Shown here one piece after another: positions 25,188 to 34,320 of a DNA stretch of 56,780 nt (the first letter of the stretch is position 1; the number at the start of each line of letters is the position of its first letter). Under the pieces are notes generated by a model, which made no database searches, was not told the origin of the DNA, and worked only from the letters and a program-made list of their open reading frames with translations. A program made the translations under genes and the position numbers. Source of the stretch: an uncultured Desulfovibrionaceae bacterium (GTDB lineage Bacteria; Desulfobacterota; Desulfovibrionia; Desulfovibrionales; Desulfovibrionaceae); contig CAYJGS010000001.1 of NCBI GenBank assembly GCA_964369505.1, forward strand, positions 1,605 through 58,384. Reading direction: 5' to 3'.

Positions 25188-26618
25188 TTAAAAATTAAAA
25201 TAAATAAATGTAGCTGTGGCGTCTTCTGTATAAATGCAGCTTAAGGATAAAAAGAGCAGGATCACAATAAGTATGGGAGTATATTTTTTATATTTATATT
25301 CCAACATATACGAACTATTTTTTGCAAACAATGCAATACCTAAAGCAAATAAGACAAAGAGGCATGCGCTTGAAAAATTTGTGAAGACCGAGTGGTATGT
25401 GGTGCCGTATTTAAAAGCATAAGCAAAGCCTAGACCATTAACACCTAAAAAGCCCTGTATAAATTTCCAAACATCTTCAAACGTGAGAGCCCGAAAAATA
25501 ATCCAAGCCATATTCACAAAGCAAAAGGTGATGCTCCAACCAAGGATTGTAGGTAGTTTTTTGGCGTATTTTTGTGACCACAAACGGTGTATTATGAGTG
25601 CGGCGCCGTGCATGGCTCCCCAAAGCACAAATGTCCAAGCTGCCCCATGCCATAAACCACCCAATAAAAACGTAAGAAAAATATTAATGCACGTTCGTGT
25701 ACCACCAAGGCGATTTCCTCCAAGAGGTATATACAGATAATCGCGCAGCCAACGCGAAAGGGTCATATGCCATCTACGCCAAAAGTCTTGAATATCACAA
25801 GCTTTATAAGGAGAGTCAAAATTTTTAGGCAAATGTATATTAAAGAAAAGAGCACAGCCAATGGCCATATCGGTATAGCCTGAAAAGTCGAAATATAATT
25901 GCAAGGTATAAGCAATGCTTGTGAAACATGCGTCCAAAAATCCCAATGCGGGAGCGGTGTCAAAGCCATACGTAACTATGGGAGCTAAACTGTCGGCTAT
26001 GATGAGTTTTTTAGCCAAGCCAATACTTAACAAAAATAGGCCACTGTAGATATTTTCCCAATTAATTTGCTGATTTTTGGCGTTTTTAAATTGCGGCATC
26101 ATCTCGCTGTGATGCACTATGGGGCCGGCAATGAGTTGAGGAAAAAAACACACAAAGCAACAATAGCTTATGAACGATTCACCACCTGCGTTGTATTTTT
26201 TAGTGTAAATGTCAGAAAGATAGGCAATTTGCTGAAAGGTGAAAAAACTTATGCCTATGGGCAAAACAATGCCGGTTAAAGGCAAATCAGTATTAGTGAG
26301 CGCGCTGAGAGTCGATAAGGCAAAATCAGTGTATTTATAGTAGGCAAGCAAGGATAAGTTAAAAACTATACCAATAATAAAAAGGAATTTGCGCGAAAAA
26401 GAATTTTTAGCAATATGTTTGGCGAGTGTAAAATTCATTGCAATGGATGCTATAATAATCCATATATTTTCCGGTTTCCAATATCCATAATAAAATAAAG
26501 ACGCCAAAAAAAGAAAAGGCATGACCAAGCGGCCATAACCTGTTTTATGCAAGGCATAAAATATAAAAATACAAAAGGGTAAAAAGAGTAAAATAAATTC
26601 TAATGAACTGAAAACCAT
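25188..26618 (-). CDS. MBOAT-family membrane O-acyltransferase (AlgI/DltB-like)
   Basis: The ORF is 476 aa and polytopic. It has the conserved motifs FWRRWHMTLSRWLRDYLYIPLGGNR and LLGGLWHGAAW (catalytic His region). Confidence 0.85.
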   Translation of the reverse strand: MVFSSLEFILLFLPFCIFIFYALHKTGYGRLVMPFLFLASLFYYGYWKPENIWIIIASIAMNFTLAKHIAKNSFSRKFLFIIGIVFNLSLLAYYKYTDFALSTLSALTNTDLPLTGIVLPIGISFFTFQQIAYLSDIYTKKYNAGGESFISYCCFVCFFPQLIAGPIVHHSEMMPQFKNAKNQQINWENIYSGLFLLSIGLAKKLIIADSLAPIVTYGFDTAPALGFLDACFTSIAYTLQLYFDFSGYTDMAIGCALFFNIHLPKNFDSPYKACDIQDFWRRWHMTLSRWLRDYLYIPLGGNRLGGTRTCINIFLTFLLGGLWHGAAWTFVLWGAMHGAALIIHRLWSQKYAKKLPTILGWSITFCFVNMAWIIFRALTFEDVWKFIQGFLGVNGLGFAYAFKYGTTYHSVFTNFSSACLFVLFALGIALFAKNSSYMLEYKYKKYTPILIVILLFLSLSCIYTEDATATFIYFNF

Positions 26619-26721
26619 GCCATGCCTCTATGCTAAATTTGAAGAAGCAATAGCATAGCGCAAAGAAAATTTTTCTGCAATAATAGCGGTTTATATAGAG
26701 TTGAATATAATTTTTCCAATA

Positions 26722-26764
26722 TAAAAGCCCCATCTGTATTGTACAAAATCAGACGGGGCTTTTA
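26722..26764 (-). terminator. Rho-independent (bidirectional-looking) terminator after the MCP gene
   Basis: The stem is agccccatctg/cagacggggct (one mismatch). It is flanked by an A-run and a T-run (aaaagcccc...ggggctttt), 23 nt after the MCP stop. Confidence 0.7.
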
Positions 26765-26786
26765 TATGTATTTATTAGATGTTAGC

Positions 26787-29165
26787 TTATTTTTTTTGCA
26801 TGGTTACTATCAGTTCGCTCAAAGATTGGCTTTGTGATGTAAGCTCTGCAATGGCATTTAAAGATTCTTGCATGGTGGTTGCTGTTTGGGCAGCCAATTG
26901 ATTTATTTCTGTTAATTGCTCATTCACATTTTGGCTATGTTCAGCCTGTTGTACGCTGGATGCGGCAATATTTTTTGCTTTCGAGGTTGTTTGCTCAACC
27001 ATATTCATAATACTTTCAAACACAGCCCCTGTTTCGCCCACCAGTTGGCTGGTTTTTTGTACTTCTGTGGCAGATTCATTTACCTGCTCAACGCTTATCC
27101 GCACACTATTTTGGATGGCAGTAATAGCTTCTTGCACTTGTGTTGTGGACGACATGGTTTTTTCTGCCAGCTTACGCACTTCGTCTGCCACAACGGCAAA
27201 GCCCCGTCCGGATTCGCCCGCTCTTGCAGCCTCAATGGCGGCATTCAGTGCCAAAAGATTTGTTTGATCTGCAATATCACCAATGGTGATGATAACTTCG
27301 TTAATGGCATTGGCGTTTTCGTTGAGTTTTTCCATACCATTTTTAAGATTTTCTGATTGAATTTCCACAGCGCGAATGCTTTTTACTGTTTTTTGCACAA
27401 CGTCAGAGCCGGTAATGGCTTCATTTCTTGCTTGTTCTGAAGCTTCTGAAGCTTCTTGTGCCATACTTGCCATGGTGCTTACGTCATCATTCATATTATG
27501 CATGATATTGCTGGCTGTTGCGGTTCGTTCTGCTTGTATGGTAGCCGTTTCTTCAGAGTATTTTAATTGTGTGCTCAACTCTTGTGAAGAATTTGCCACT
27601 TGCGAAGAAATCTGCGTAGCCTGTTCTGCCACGTGCAAAATGGTTTGTTGTGTTTCTTTAAAGGCAGTAACATCAGTTATAAGTTGCAATACAGCATTTA
27701 CTTCGTGTGTTTTTTCGTCAAGTAAAGGTATGGCATTGTACACAATATCAAGCTCTCCTTTTTGCGGATGAGCTTTTGTCTCGCCCCCTTGCGGTTGCTT
27801 GGTGGCAAGAGCTTTTTGCAAACCGTCAGCGGGGCTTGAATCATCTTCACGATTAAACAGCTCTTTGCAAGATTTATCGCGATACTCTGAACCGGCAAGA
27901 GAAGTGCCTGCCTTATTAACATATTTGGCTTGCAATTTGCCATTAAGCACCACCACCGGTGATGGAATATTATCAATAACAGTTATATAGCTTGCTATAA
28001 TGGCATTGGTGCCTTGCACAAGATTTGCAAAATCTCCTTTAAAGTTTTTTGCATCGGATGCAGCAATAAGGTCGCCATGTTTTATGTCCATTTCAAGGCG
28101 GGCGTATTCATCAATGATATTACGCAAAACGTTCGCAATATTTTGCAAAGATTCTGCCAACATGCCAATTTCGTCTTTGCTGGTTTTTTGAATTTTTGCG
28201 TTAAGTTTACCATCGGCAATATCCTGAGCAAATTTCATGGATGCTATTAAAGACTTACGTATATTTAATACGCAAAATCCCGTTACAAGAACTATTATCA
28301 AGGTTACAAGAGCCGCAATGCCAAAAATTCTTTGGCCTATAACAAGGCTTGGCGCATTAACTTCTGCAAGGTCAAGAGCAGCAACGGCAATCCATCCGGT
28401 ATCTTTTTGCTCGTCAAAATAAGCAAATTTTGCTTCACCATTAATGTCAAAGTCTATATTACCTGACTTGGTTTGCATAATGCTTTTACCCCAAGGAGTA
28501 TCATTAAGACGTAATTTAAGCACATTAGCAGGATCATTACTCAAAAAAACAGATCCATTCCTATCTGCCACCATAAAAGAACCCTTTTCCCCAAGGGGAA
28601 TTCGCTTGCTGAACGTGTCGTCAAGGTAGGTTACGTTAAATACAACGCCGATAATTTCTTTGGTGCCTGTTTTATATACAGGCGATGAAACAGCATACAC
28701 AACACGGCCGTTAAACAAAAATGGCGCTCCGGCCGTGACGTGCCCTTGCATAGCATTGGTAAACATATAATCTTTTGAAAAATCTTTGCCCACAAGGTCT
28801 TTTTCGGTATGGCGCAGAGTAATGCCTTTTGTGTTAATAATGCCAAGCATAGCATAGCTATAGGTTTTGCGCATATTCACAATACGATCAATGGCTCCTT
28901 GGGTATTAGCCGCCACTTCTTCCGGAGTTCCCGTAAGGTAAGGTTGCAAGAGGCCTGTTTGTGAAAGTGAAATGGCATTAAGCACATTGAATTCATGGAT
29001 ACCACTAAGTTCAGAAATAGTATTATTAACGGCCATAACATTTAAATCTTGCTGTGCTGCATGCATGTTTTGTGCACTCATGTTGTAAGTAAGATATGCA
29101 ATAACTAGCATACCCAAAAGAATAATACCGCACATGGGTAAAAGAATTTTGCTGGCAACTTTCAT
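26787..29165 (-). CDS. Methyl-accepting chemotaxis protein with periplasmic Cache-like domain, HAMP and PAS-like segments
   Basis: The ORF is 792 aa. It has the highly conserved signalling hairpin [40 protein letters not shown]. Two TM segments flank a periplasmic domain of about 250 aa. Confidence 0.9.
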   Translation of the reverse strand: MKVASKILLPMCGIILLGMLVIAYLTYNMSAQNMHAAQQDLNVMAVNNTISELSGIHEFNVLNAISLSQTGLLQPYLTGTPEEVAANTQGAIDRIVNMRKTYSYAMLGIINTKGITLRHTEKDLVGKDFSKDYMFTNAMQGHVTAGAPFLFNGRVVYAVSSPVYKTGTKEIIGVVFNVTYLDDTFSKRIPLGEKGSFMVADRNGSVFLSNDPANVLKLRLNDTPWGKSIMQTKSGNIDFDINGEAKFAYFDEQKDTGWIAVAALDLAEVNAPSLVIGQRIFGIAALVTLIIVLVTGFCVLNIRKSLIASMKFAQDIADGKLNAKIQKTSKDEIGMLAESLQNIANVLRNIIDEYARLEMDIKHGDLIAASDAKNFKGDFANLVQGTNAIIASYITVIDNIPSPVVVLNGKLQAKYVNKAGTSLAGSEYRDKSCKELFNREDDSSPADGLQKALATKQPQGGETKAHPQKGELDIVYNAIPLLDEKTHEVNAVLQLITDVTAFKETQQTILHVAEQATQISSQVANSSQELSTQLKYSEETATIQAERTATASNIMHNMNDDVSTMASMAQEASEASEQARNEAITGSDVVQKTVKSIRAVEIQSENLKNGMEKLNENANAINEVIITIGDIADQTNLLALNAAIEAARAGESGRGFAVVADEVRKLAEKTMSSTTQVQEAITAIQNSVRISVEQVNESATEVQKTSQLVGETGAVFESIMNMVEQTTSKAKNIAASSVQQAEHSQNVNEQLTEINQLAAQTATTMQESLNAIAELTSQSQSLSELIVTMQKK

Positions 29166-29324
29166 AAAACACTCCTTACGTAGTTCTTATATGTTTTATC
29201 GTTTATGGCTAAAAAAACGTTAGGCCGTCCTAATTTTCTATACATCTTTTGTCAAGTGTATTGGTGCAAGGTCAGCAAAATAGGGCATATAACAATTTAT
29301 TGAGACGTTATCAAATAATCCTGC

Positions 29325-29353
29325 TTGACAATGAGCATAAAGCCCATTACAAG
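29325..29353 (+). promoter_or_regulatory. Candidate sigma-70 promoter for tRNA-Leu
   Basis: TTGACA (29325-29330), a 17-nt spacer, then TACAAG (29348-29353). This lies about 12 nt upstream of the tRNA 5' end. The -10 element matches only 4/6. Confidence 0.45.
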
Positions 29354-29365
29354 ACTTGAACGTGT

Positions 29366-29450
29366 GCGAGAATGGCGGAATTGGTAGACGCACTGGACTT
29401 AGAATCCAGCGCCGTGAGGTGTAAGAGTTCAAATCTCTTTTCTCGCACCA
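29366..29450 (+). tRNA. tRNA-Leu (anticodon UAG), CCA encoded
   Basis: I folded the cloverleaf by hand. The acceptor stem is gcgagaa/ttctcgc. The anticodon stem-loop is ctgga-cTTAGaa-tccag. There is a long variable arm, a T arm aagag-ttcaaat-ctctt, and a discriminator A followed by CCA. Confidence 0.9.
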
Positions 29451-29459
29451 CAATATTTT

Positions 29460-29486
29460 AGGCTAGTTTAACGACTAGCCTTTTTT
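29460..29486 (+). terminator. Rho-independent terminator after tRNA-Leu
   Basis: The perfect 8-bp stem aggctagt/actagcct has loop ttaacg and is followed by T6. Confidence 0.8.
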
Positions 29487-29507
29487 AATGCTTATACCTG
29501 TCACTGT

Positions 29508-29537
29508 CAAAATCTCTGCACAATCCATTGTGCAGAG
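29508..29537 (-). terminator. Rho-independent terminator after the 905-aa membrane protein gene
   Basis: The perfect 11-bp inverted repeat is ctctgcacaat/attgtgcagag. On the minus strand it is followed by ATTTTG. It lies 35 nt after the stop at 29572. Confidence 0.6.
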
Positions 29538-29571
29538 AGTTCTAAATAATAACCGCTTATAAAATTGTATG

Positions 29572-32289
29572 TTAGCTCCAAGCTTTATGCATGGCACGTA
29601 AAAGCTCTTGCGGGTTATTTTGTAATGCGGGCTCTTGAAAAAGCAAAGAGCGTGGATGGCGCACAAGCGATGGTGATAATCTTTCGTGTATTCCTTTTTC
29701 AAGATACCAGCTAAAGGGTTGCGCTCCTGACCAATATAAGATGGGGTTCATAAATAAAAAAACAAAAGAATTAAACCAAGGCACAAGCTCCATACCCTGA
29801 TACATGCCTTGGGTTAGATAATGCCAATAAGGCGAAACGGTGTTATTAACTTCTGGATTTTGCTTTTGATACCATTTTTTATCGAAAACGCCGGAAGAAA
29901 GCGTAAGTCGCATGAGGGTATCTAAGTCTTTACGTGCATAATCTTTCACTTTATTAAGCTCTGCGTCTTCAATGGAGAATTGTAAAGCAAACCTTCCTAG
30001 TGCTTGATAAACATGCAAGGAGTTATCCACAAGTGCCGCAGCCTTTACCAAGGTTTCAAAGGCTGCATCAAGCTTCCCTTGTTTTTGCAATATATGGGAA
30101 TAGATAATCCAATTCCAGGATATTCTTTCTCGAAAAGAACAGGCTTCTTTACTCTTTTTTTCAGCTTCGTCAAAATTTTGAGCAAGCATTTCAGCAACCA
30201 TGGCAAGCTCAAAATACATATTATTTACAATTTTAGCCTTTGCATTTGTTTGTAATGCTCTTGATATGGTGCACGCCTCTTGATATCTTCGCATACTTAA
30301 TAACACACAGCAGGCATAATAGTGAGAGTTTATATCACTGCCGTATTTCTTTAATTGTTCCACATAATCAAGTGCTTTTTCTTCTTGTTGCAATTTAAGG
30401 CAGGCACAAGCTTTTGCAAAACAAAATTCTGCAGAGTCGTGCATATGAGAATTGTTTTGTATAAAGGGCAATGCCTTTTCGGGTAATACTTCAAGCAATT
30501 GTTTTGCATGACATAAATTTATTTCTTCGTTACTGGTTTCTTTTGTGGTAAGCTCTTGCACCAATGAAAAACCACGTCGTACTTGCCCATGCAAAAATTC
30601 TGCTTCGCCAAGTTTTAAGCAGGCTTCGTTAGATTCAGGAAAGCGCGCATATGTTTTTTCTAACACCTTTATAGCTTCAGTGTATTGTAGTCGTGAAGCC
30701 AGAGTTAGGCACTCTTGCAATGAAGCGTTGCCTTCTACATAACGTTTATGTATGCGATAAATGGAGGCATTAGGATCATAAGGCTCAAGCTTTTCTAAAA
30801 TAACACCGTCACGCACGGCTATGGCATTACAAGGAAGTATAGAAATATTTTCATCTTCTTGAGGTAATGCTTCTTTGATTGCTCCTAAAGATAAAAAAAC
30901 ATGATGGAAAATATTTACATGCGAGCATACGTTTTGTGCAGCATAACCCTGCGGCCAACGAATAGCGCAGCGCACACCAAAATGATCCAAAGCAAGATCT
31001 GCAATGCTCACACCACGGTCTAACGTGGCTTGTGTGGCGTCTTTACCAAACCATACATTGCTGTGCCGCAAAGAACCGTGATCCCCCACAGCAATAATAA
31101 GGGCTTCTGGATCATTTTGGACAATACTTTCTACAATGCTTTTTATTTCTTTTTGTGCGCTTTGTATGGTTTTTGTGTAGGTTTGTATAAAGTCATTGGC
31201 ATCTTTTTTCCATGGAATTCTAGCGCTTTGGTGTGTGGCTCCAAAGCGCATGGCAAAAAAGCGAGGTGCTTGTTGCTTGAGCGAAAGCCTGTGCTGCAAG
31301 GCTGCAAAAATATGTTCAAAAGAGCATTCTGCTTCCACTTCAAAAGGGTCTACACTGCCAATGAGCCTACGCAAATAATAGGATTGAGCCCAAATGGGCG
31401 CAAGAAGCATGTGCAATGCATATTGAGTGGGAGACATATAAAAAGATGCGTATTCATTTTTCTTCATATAGCGCCCAAACACATAATAACTTATATCAAA
31501 AAATTCGCACTGATAACCGTTTTCTCTAAGCACATCTAAGGCAAAAGCTTCTTCTTGCTTATTTTCTAAAAGCTGGCAATTAAAGAGTGTTTTCAACGCT
31601 GTAAGCGTAGAAGGCCTATTGCAAAAAAAGTTTTTATAATCTGTAAAATTATACTTTTCAAATACTGCGTCAGTTGCCGCATCGTCTATGTCGTATAGTT
31701 TTTTTAAAGATTGCGCCGAAAGATAGGATTCAAGCAATAAAAAATATATATTTTTTTTGTGCGCTAAAGAAATATTTTTCTTTTCACGCTCTACATAGTG
31801 CGTGCTTTGTATATTAGCAGCAAAAATAATTTGCTTTTCTTCATGTCTTTTTTTGTATGCGTCCAAAAGAGAAAAAGCAAAAAAAATACCAAGAATTGTG
31901 TTTAAAGGAACTATTGAATACAGTGATGCTGTTGCCACAAAAACAATATAGAGAAAAAATATAGTTAGAATTCTATGTTTCTTTTGAATTAAGTTTTCGG
32001 TAAAAAACCTTTCGTGCAAAAAAACAAAAAGGGTCAAAGCTATAAAACTCCCCAAAAACGAAGTTAGGGAAATCCCATAGGTATACAAAGATTGCGCTAT
32101 AGGCAAAGTTTTTATTTGCTCGAAAATCCAAAAAGCACCAAAGCCTCCCCCCATGGCTAGAAATAGCACTAGGCTTGTAGCGTGGATGAGTTGTCGCGAA
32201 GTAAAAAAACGTTGATTTAGGGCGCAAAAGCTCACCGTAGGCGTAAGTATGGCAAGAAAAATAGCTAATGCAGCATTATCTAGCCACAT
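29572..32289 (-). CDS. Polytopic membrane protein with sulfatase/alkaline-phosphatase-superfamily domain and C-terminal TPR repeats
   Basis: The ORF is 905 aa. It has about 5 N-terminal TM helices. A central region contains LLLESY... and AVGDHGSLRH, which resemble LTA-synthase or phosphotransferase-type sulfatase motifs. The C-terminal third is TPR-like (alternating A/L/Y helices). Confidence 0.65.
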   Translation of the reverse strand: MWLDNAALAIFLAILTPTVSFCALNQRFFTSRQLIHATSLVLFLAMGGGFGAFWIFEQIKTLPIAQSLYTYGISLTSFLGSFIALTLFVFLHERFFTENLIQKKHRILTIFFLYIVFVATASLYSIVPLNTILGIFFAFSLLDAYKKRHEEKQIIFAANIQSTHYVEREKKNISLAHKKNIYFLLLESYLSAQSLKKLYDIDDAATDAVFEKYNFTDYKNFFCNRPSTLTALKTLFNCQLLENKQEEAFALDVLRENGYQCEFFDISYYVFGRYMKKNEYASFYMSPTQYALHMLLAPIWAQSYYLRRLIGSVDPFEVEAECSFEHIFAALQHRLSLKQQAPRFFAMRFGATHQSARIPWKKDANDFIQTYTKTIQSAQKEIKSIVESIVQNDPEALIIAVGDHGSLRHSNVWFGKDATQATLDRGVSIADLALDHFGVRCAIRWPQGYAAQNVCSHVNIFHHVFLSLGAIKEALPQEDENISILPCNAIAVRDGVILEKLEPYDPNASIYRIHKRYVEGNASLQECLTLASRLQYTEAIKVLEKTYARFPESNEACLKLGEAEFLHGQVRRGFSLVQELTTKETSNEEINLCHAKQLLEVLPEKALPFIQNNSHMHDSAEFCFAKACACLKLQQEEKALDYVEQLKKYGSDINSHYYACCVLLSMRRYQEACTISRALQTNAKAKIVNNMYFELAMVAEMLAQNFDEAEKKSKEACSFRERISWNWIIYSHILQKQGKLDAAFETLVKAAALVDNSLHVYQALGRFALQFSIEDAELNKVKDYARKDLDTLMRLTLSSGVFDKKWYQKQNPEVNNTVSPYWHYLTQGMYQGMELVPWFNSFVFLFMNPILYWSGAQPFSWYLEKGIHERLSPSLVRHPRSLLFQEPALQNNPQELLRAMHKAWS

Positions 32290-32315
32290 ATTTCCCCCTT
32301 ATTATGCATATAATG

Positions 32316-33719
32316 CTACCCATGCGCCATATCTTTTTTAACAAAACATACACACGTTCTTTGAGAGTCAGCAATGGTAATTCTTTCGATTTCTTGGAAA
32401 TATTGCAAAAATGCTTCCATAAAATGGTCAAAAGTATAGTGTGGAAAAATATCATCTCTGGCCATAAGCATTCGTTCCACTTGGCTGTCCTTGCGCGGCA
32501 CAAATTCAATGACAAGTCCAGCACCTACTTTAAGCAAGGAAGCAAAAAAAGGTGCTTGCTCAGTGAAAGGAATGCCTGCAGTAAAAAAAAGATGGTGCGT
32601 TAAAGCAAGGGCGCACAGCATATCCACTTGGCAACGCTGTACAAAAGATGGCCGTTCTGTACATGCCCAACCAATGGCCGGAGAGGGATTTGCCAAATCA
32701 AGCACAAGGGGTAAAATGGGGCTGTATTCTTGCGCAGATATATTGGTATAATGCTGTGCCACAGCGGTGGCATCTATATCAGCAGCTAAAACCGTTGCAA
32801 AAGAATTTGCCATGATGGCGCTGTATTTTCCCGTATTTGCCCCTAAGTCTAGAGCTATATCTCCGGAAAATTTTTTTGAAAATTGTGCAATGATGTTCTG
32901 TTTATGCTCTTCTCCGGCTTCGGTATAATTGGTATCTGTATAATAATTTGCCCAATCTCCCAGCACCCTTGGTTGCGGCAGAGCTTGTATGGTGCGTTCA
33001 AGTGAAGCAATAAGTTCTTGTAATTGTTTCGTTTCAAGTTTTGCTTTGTGCTTGTGCTGCACTGCCTTGCGCCCATCTTCATAGTTTTTTTCTGCTTTGG
33101 CGTGCAGATGTAAATGCATTTGCAAGCCTGCAGAAAAAGAAGCTTTTGCGGGTAATAAGGCCCAAGCTAAGTCTAAAGGTATGCCGTCAATCCATTGCGT
33201 GTTTATGCGTGAAAGGCGATGGTCAAAGCTTTGCAAAGCTAAAGGCGCCAAAAAATGCATGCAAAACTGCCTATACGCTTCCCAAGGAGCTGTAGGGGGA
33301 CGTTTTTCAAAAGAAAGAATGTCAATAAATATAGGTTTTCCCTGAAAAAATTGTATATTGTATGCCGAGGCATCTTTTAAAGTCATGCCATGCTCTAAAG
33401 CTATGCTTTGTATTTTTAACGTAAGCAGAGCAGCGTCACGCAATTGCGGTAAGGACCATTCGTAAGGGTAGGATATGAAAGGAAGTTTTTTCGCAAGGAT
33501 GATTTTCCAAGCTTGTGTACTTTCTAAAAGAGCAGGGTCTTGTTTTTCTGTAAATGGCAACAAAAGTTTTTGCTCTATGAGCGAAGCGAACAAACCAGAA
33601 GAAGTGGCATGTTCCCAATGTTCTTGATAATTGGCATGGACAGTGCGCAATATTTCATCTTTAAAAACAAATACCTGCCCGCAAGGGTCTCTGAAAGAAG
33701 CACTGTTTTTTACCAACAC
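32316..33719 (-). CDS. Class I SAM-dependent methyltransferase with a large N-terminal extension
   Basis: The ORF is 467 aa. SAM motif I is ALDLGANTGKYS, followed by an acidic ADID motif. It lies 26 nt upstream of the sulfatase-TPR gene. Confidence 0.7.
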   Translation of the reverse strand: MLVKNSASFRDPCGQVFVFKDEILRTVHANYQEHWEHATSSGLFASLIEQKLLLPFTEKQDPALLESTQAWKIILAKKLPFISYPYEWSLPQLRDAALLTLKIQSIALEHGMTLKDASAYNIQFFQGKPIFIDILSFEKRPPTAPWEAYRQFCMHFLAPLALQSFDHRLSRINTQWIDGIPLDLAWALLPAKASFSAGLQMHLHLHAKAEKNYEDGRKAVQHKHKAKLETKQLQELIASLERTIQALPQPRVLGDWANYYTDTNYTEAGEEHKQNIIAQFSKKFSGDIALDLGANTGKYSAIMANSFATVLAADIDATAVAQHYTNISAQEYSPILPLVLDLANPSPAIGWACTERPSFVQRCQVDMLCALALTHHLFFTAGIPFTEQAPFFASLLKVGAGLVIEFVPRKDSQVERMLMARDDIFPHYTFDHFMEAFLQYFQEIERITIADSQRTCVCFVKKDMAHG

Positions 33720-33740
33720 AAAACACCTTCCTCTACAGGA

Positions 33741-33962
33741 TTATTTTTTACCAAAGCCCAAAAGCTGTTTCACCTTGGCAACCATGCGGCCAAAAAAAGC
33801 CATTATGGATACAATACCTTGAATAAAAGAGCTTCCTGAACCGGAGTCGAGGTAGCCGGCATGTGCATTTTCAGCAAAGATCAAAATAAACACGGCTAGG
33901 AAAAAGCAAATAGGCAAAAGAGATTTTTTTTGTTGGAAAAATAAATATTTACTAGTATTCAT
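33741..33962 (-). CDS. Small secreted or membrane peptide (73 aa, signal peptide ending AHA|G)
   Basis: The ATG at 33962 has a GGAG RBS 6 nt upstream. A hydrophobic signal (LLPICFFLAVFILIFAENAHA) is followed by GYLDSGSGSSFIQGIVSIMAFFGRMVAKVKQLLGFGKK. It lies 21 nt upstream of the methyltransferase gene. Confidence 0.5.
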   Translation of the reverse strand: MNTSKYLFFQQKKSLLPICFFLAVFILIFAENAHAGYLDSGSGSSFIQGIVSIMAFFGRMVAKVKQLLGFGKK

Positions 33963-34320
33963 GAATGACTCCAGCTTGTACATGTTGTAGCATTGTGTAT
34001 CTATAAAAACTCTAGAAAAGCATATGCTACTGTTAAGCTTTTGTAAAGTCTTAACGCTCTAACAGGCTGATAGGCATCTTTAAAGGGATAGACAAGCATA
34101 GGGCGCAGAAGCTGGATAATAGGTGACAAATGCAATCCTTTAGTGTATGAGTCCCCTACAAAGGGTAAAATTTCTTTATTTACGGATGGGGTTATTATTT
34201 AGGATGTGTCGCTTTAAAAAGCTTGTTCGAGAAGAGCGCCCTGTTTAAATTAATATTTTAGTATATTGTAAAAAATTATTGTCGTATTGATTTTTTCAAT
34301 GGATTTACAGGGTGGGCTTT

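Noticed and set aside
29238-29453. 71-aa minus-strand ORF overlapping the tRNA-Leu, and the 75-aa ORF at 29475-29702
   Set aside because: The first is antisense to a canonical tRNA cloverleaf. The second spans a terminator hairpin and the 3' end of the 905-aa gene. Neither has an RBS or recognisable motifs.
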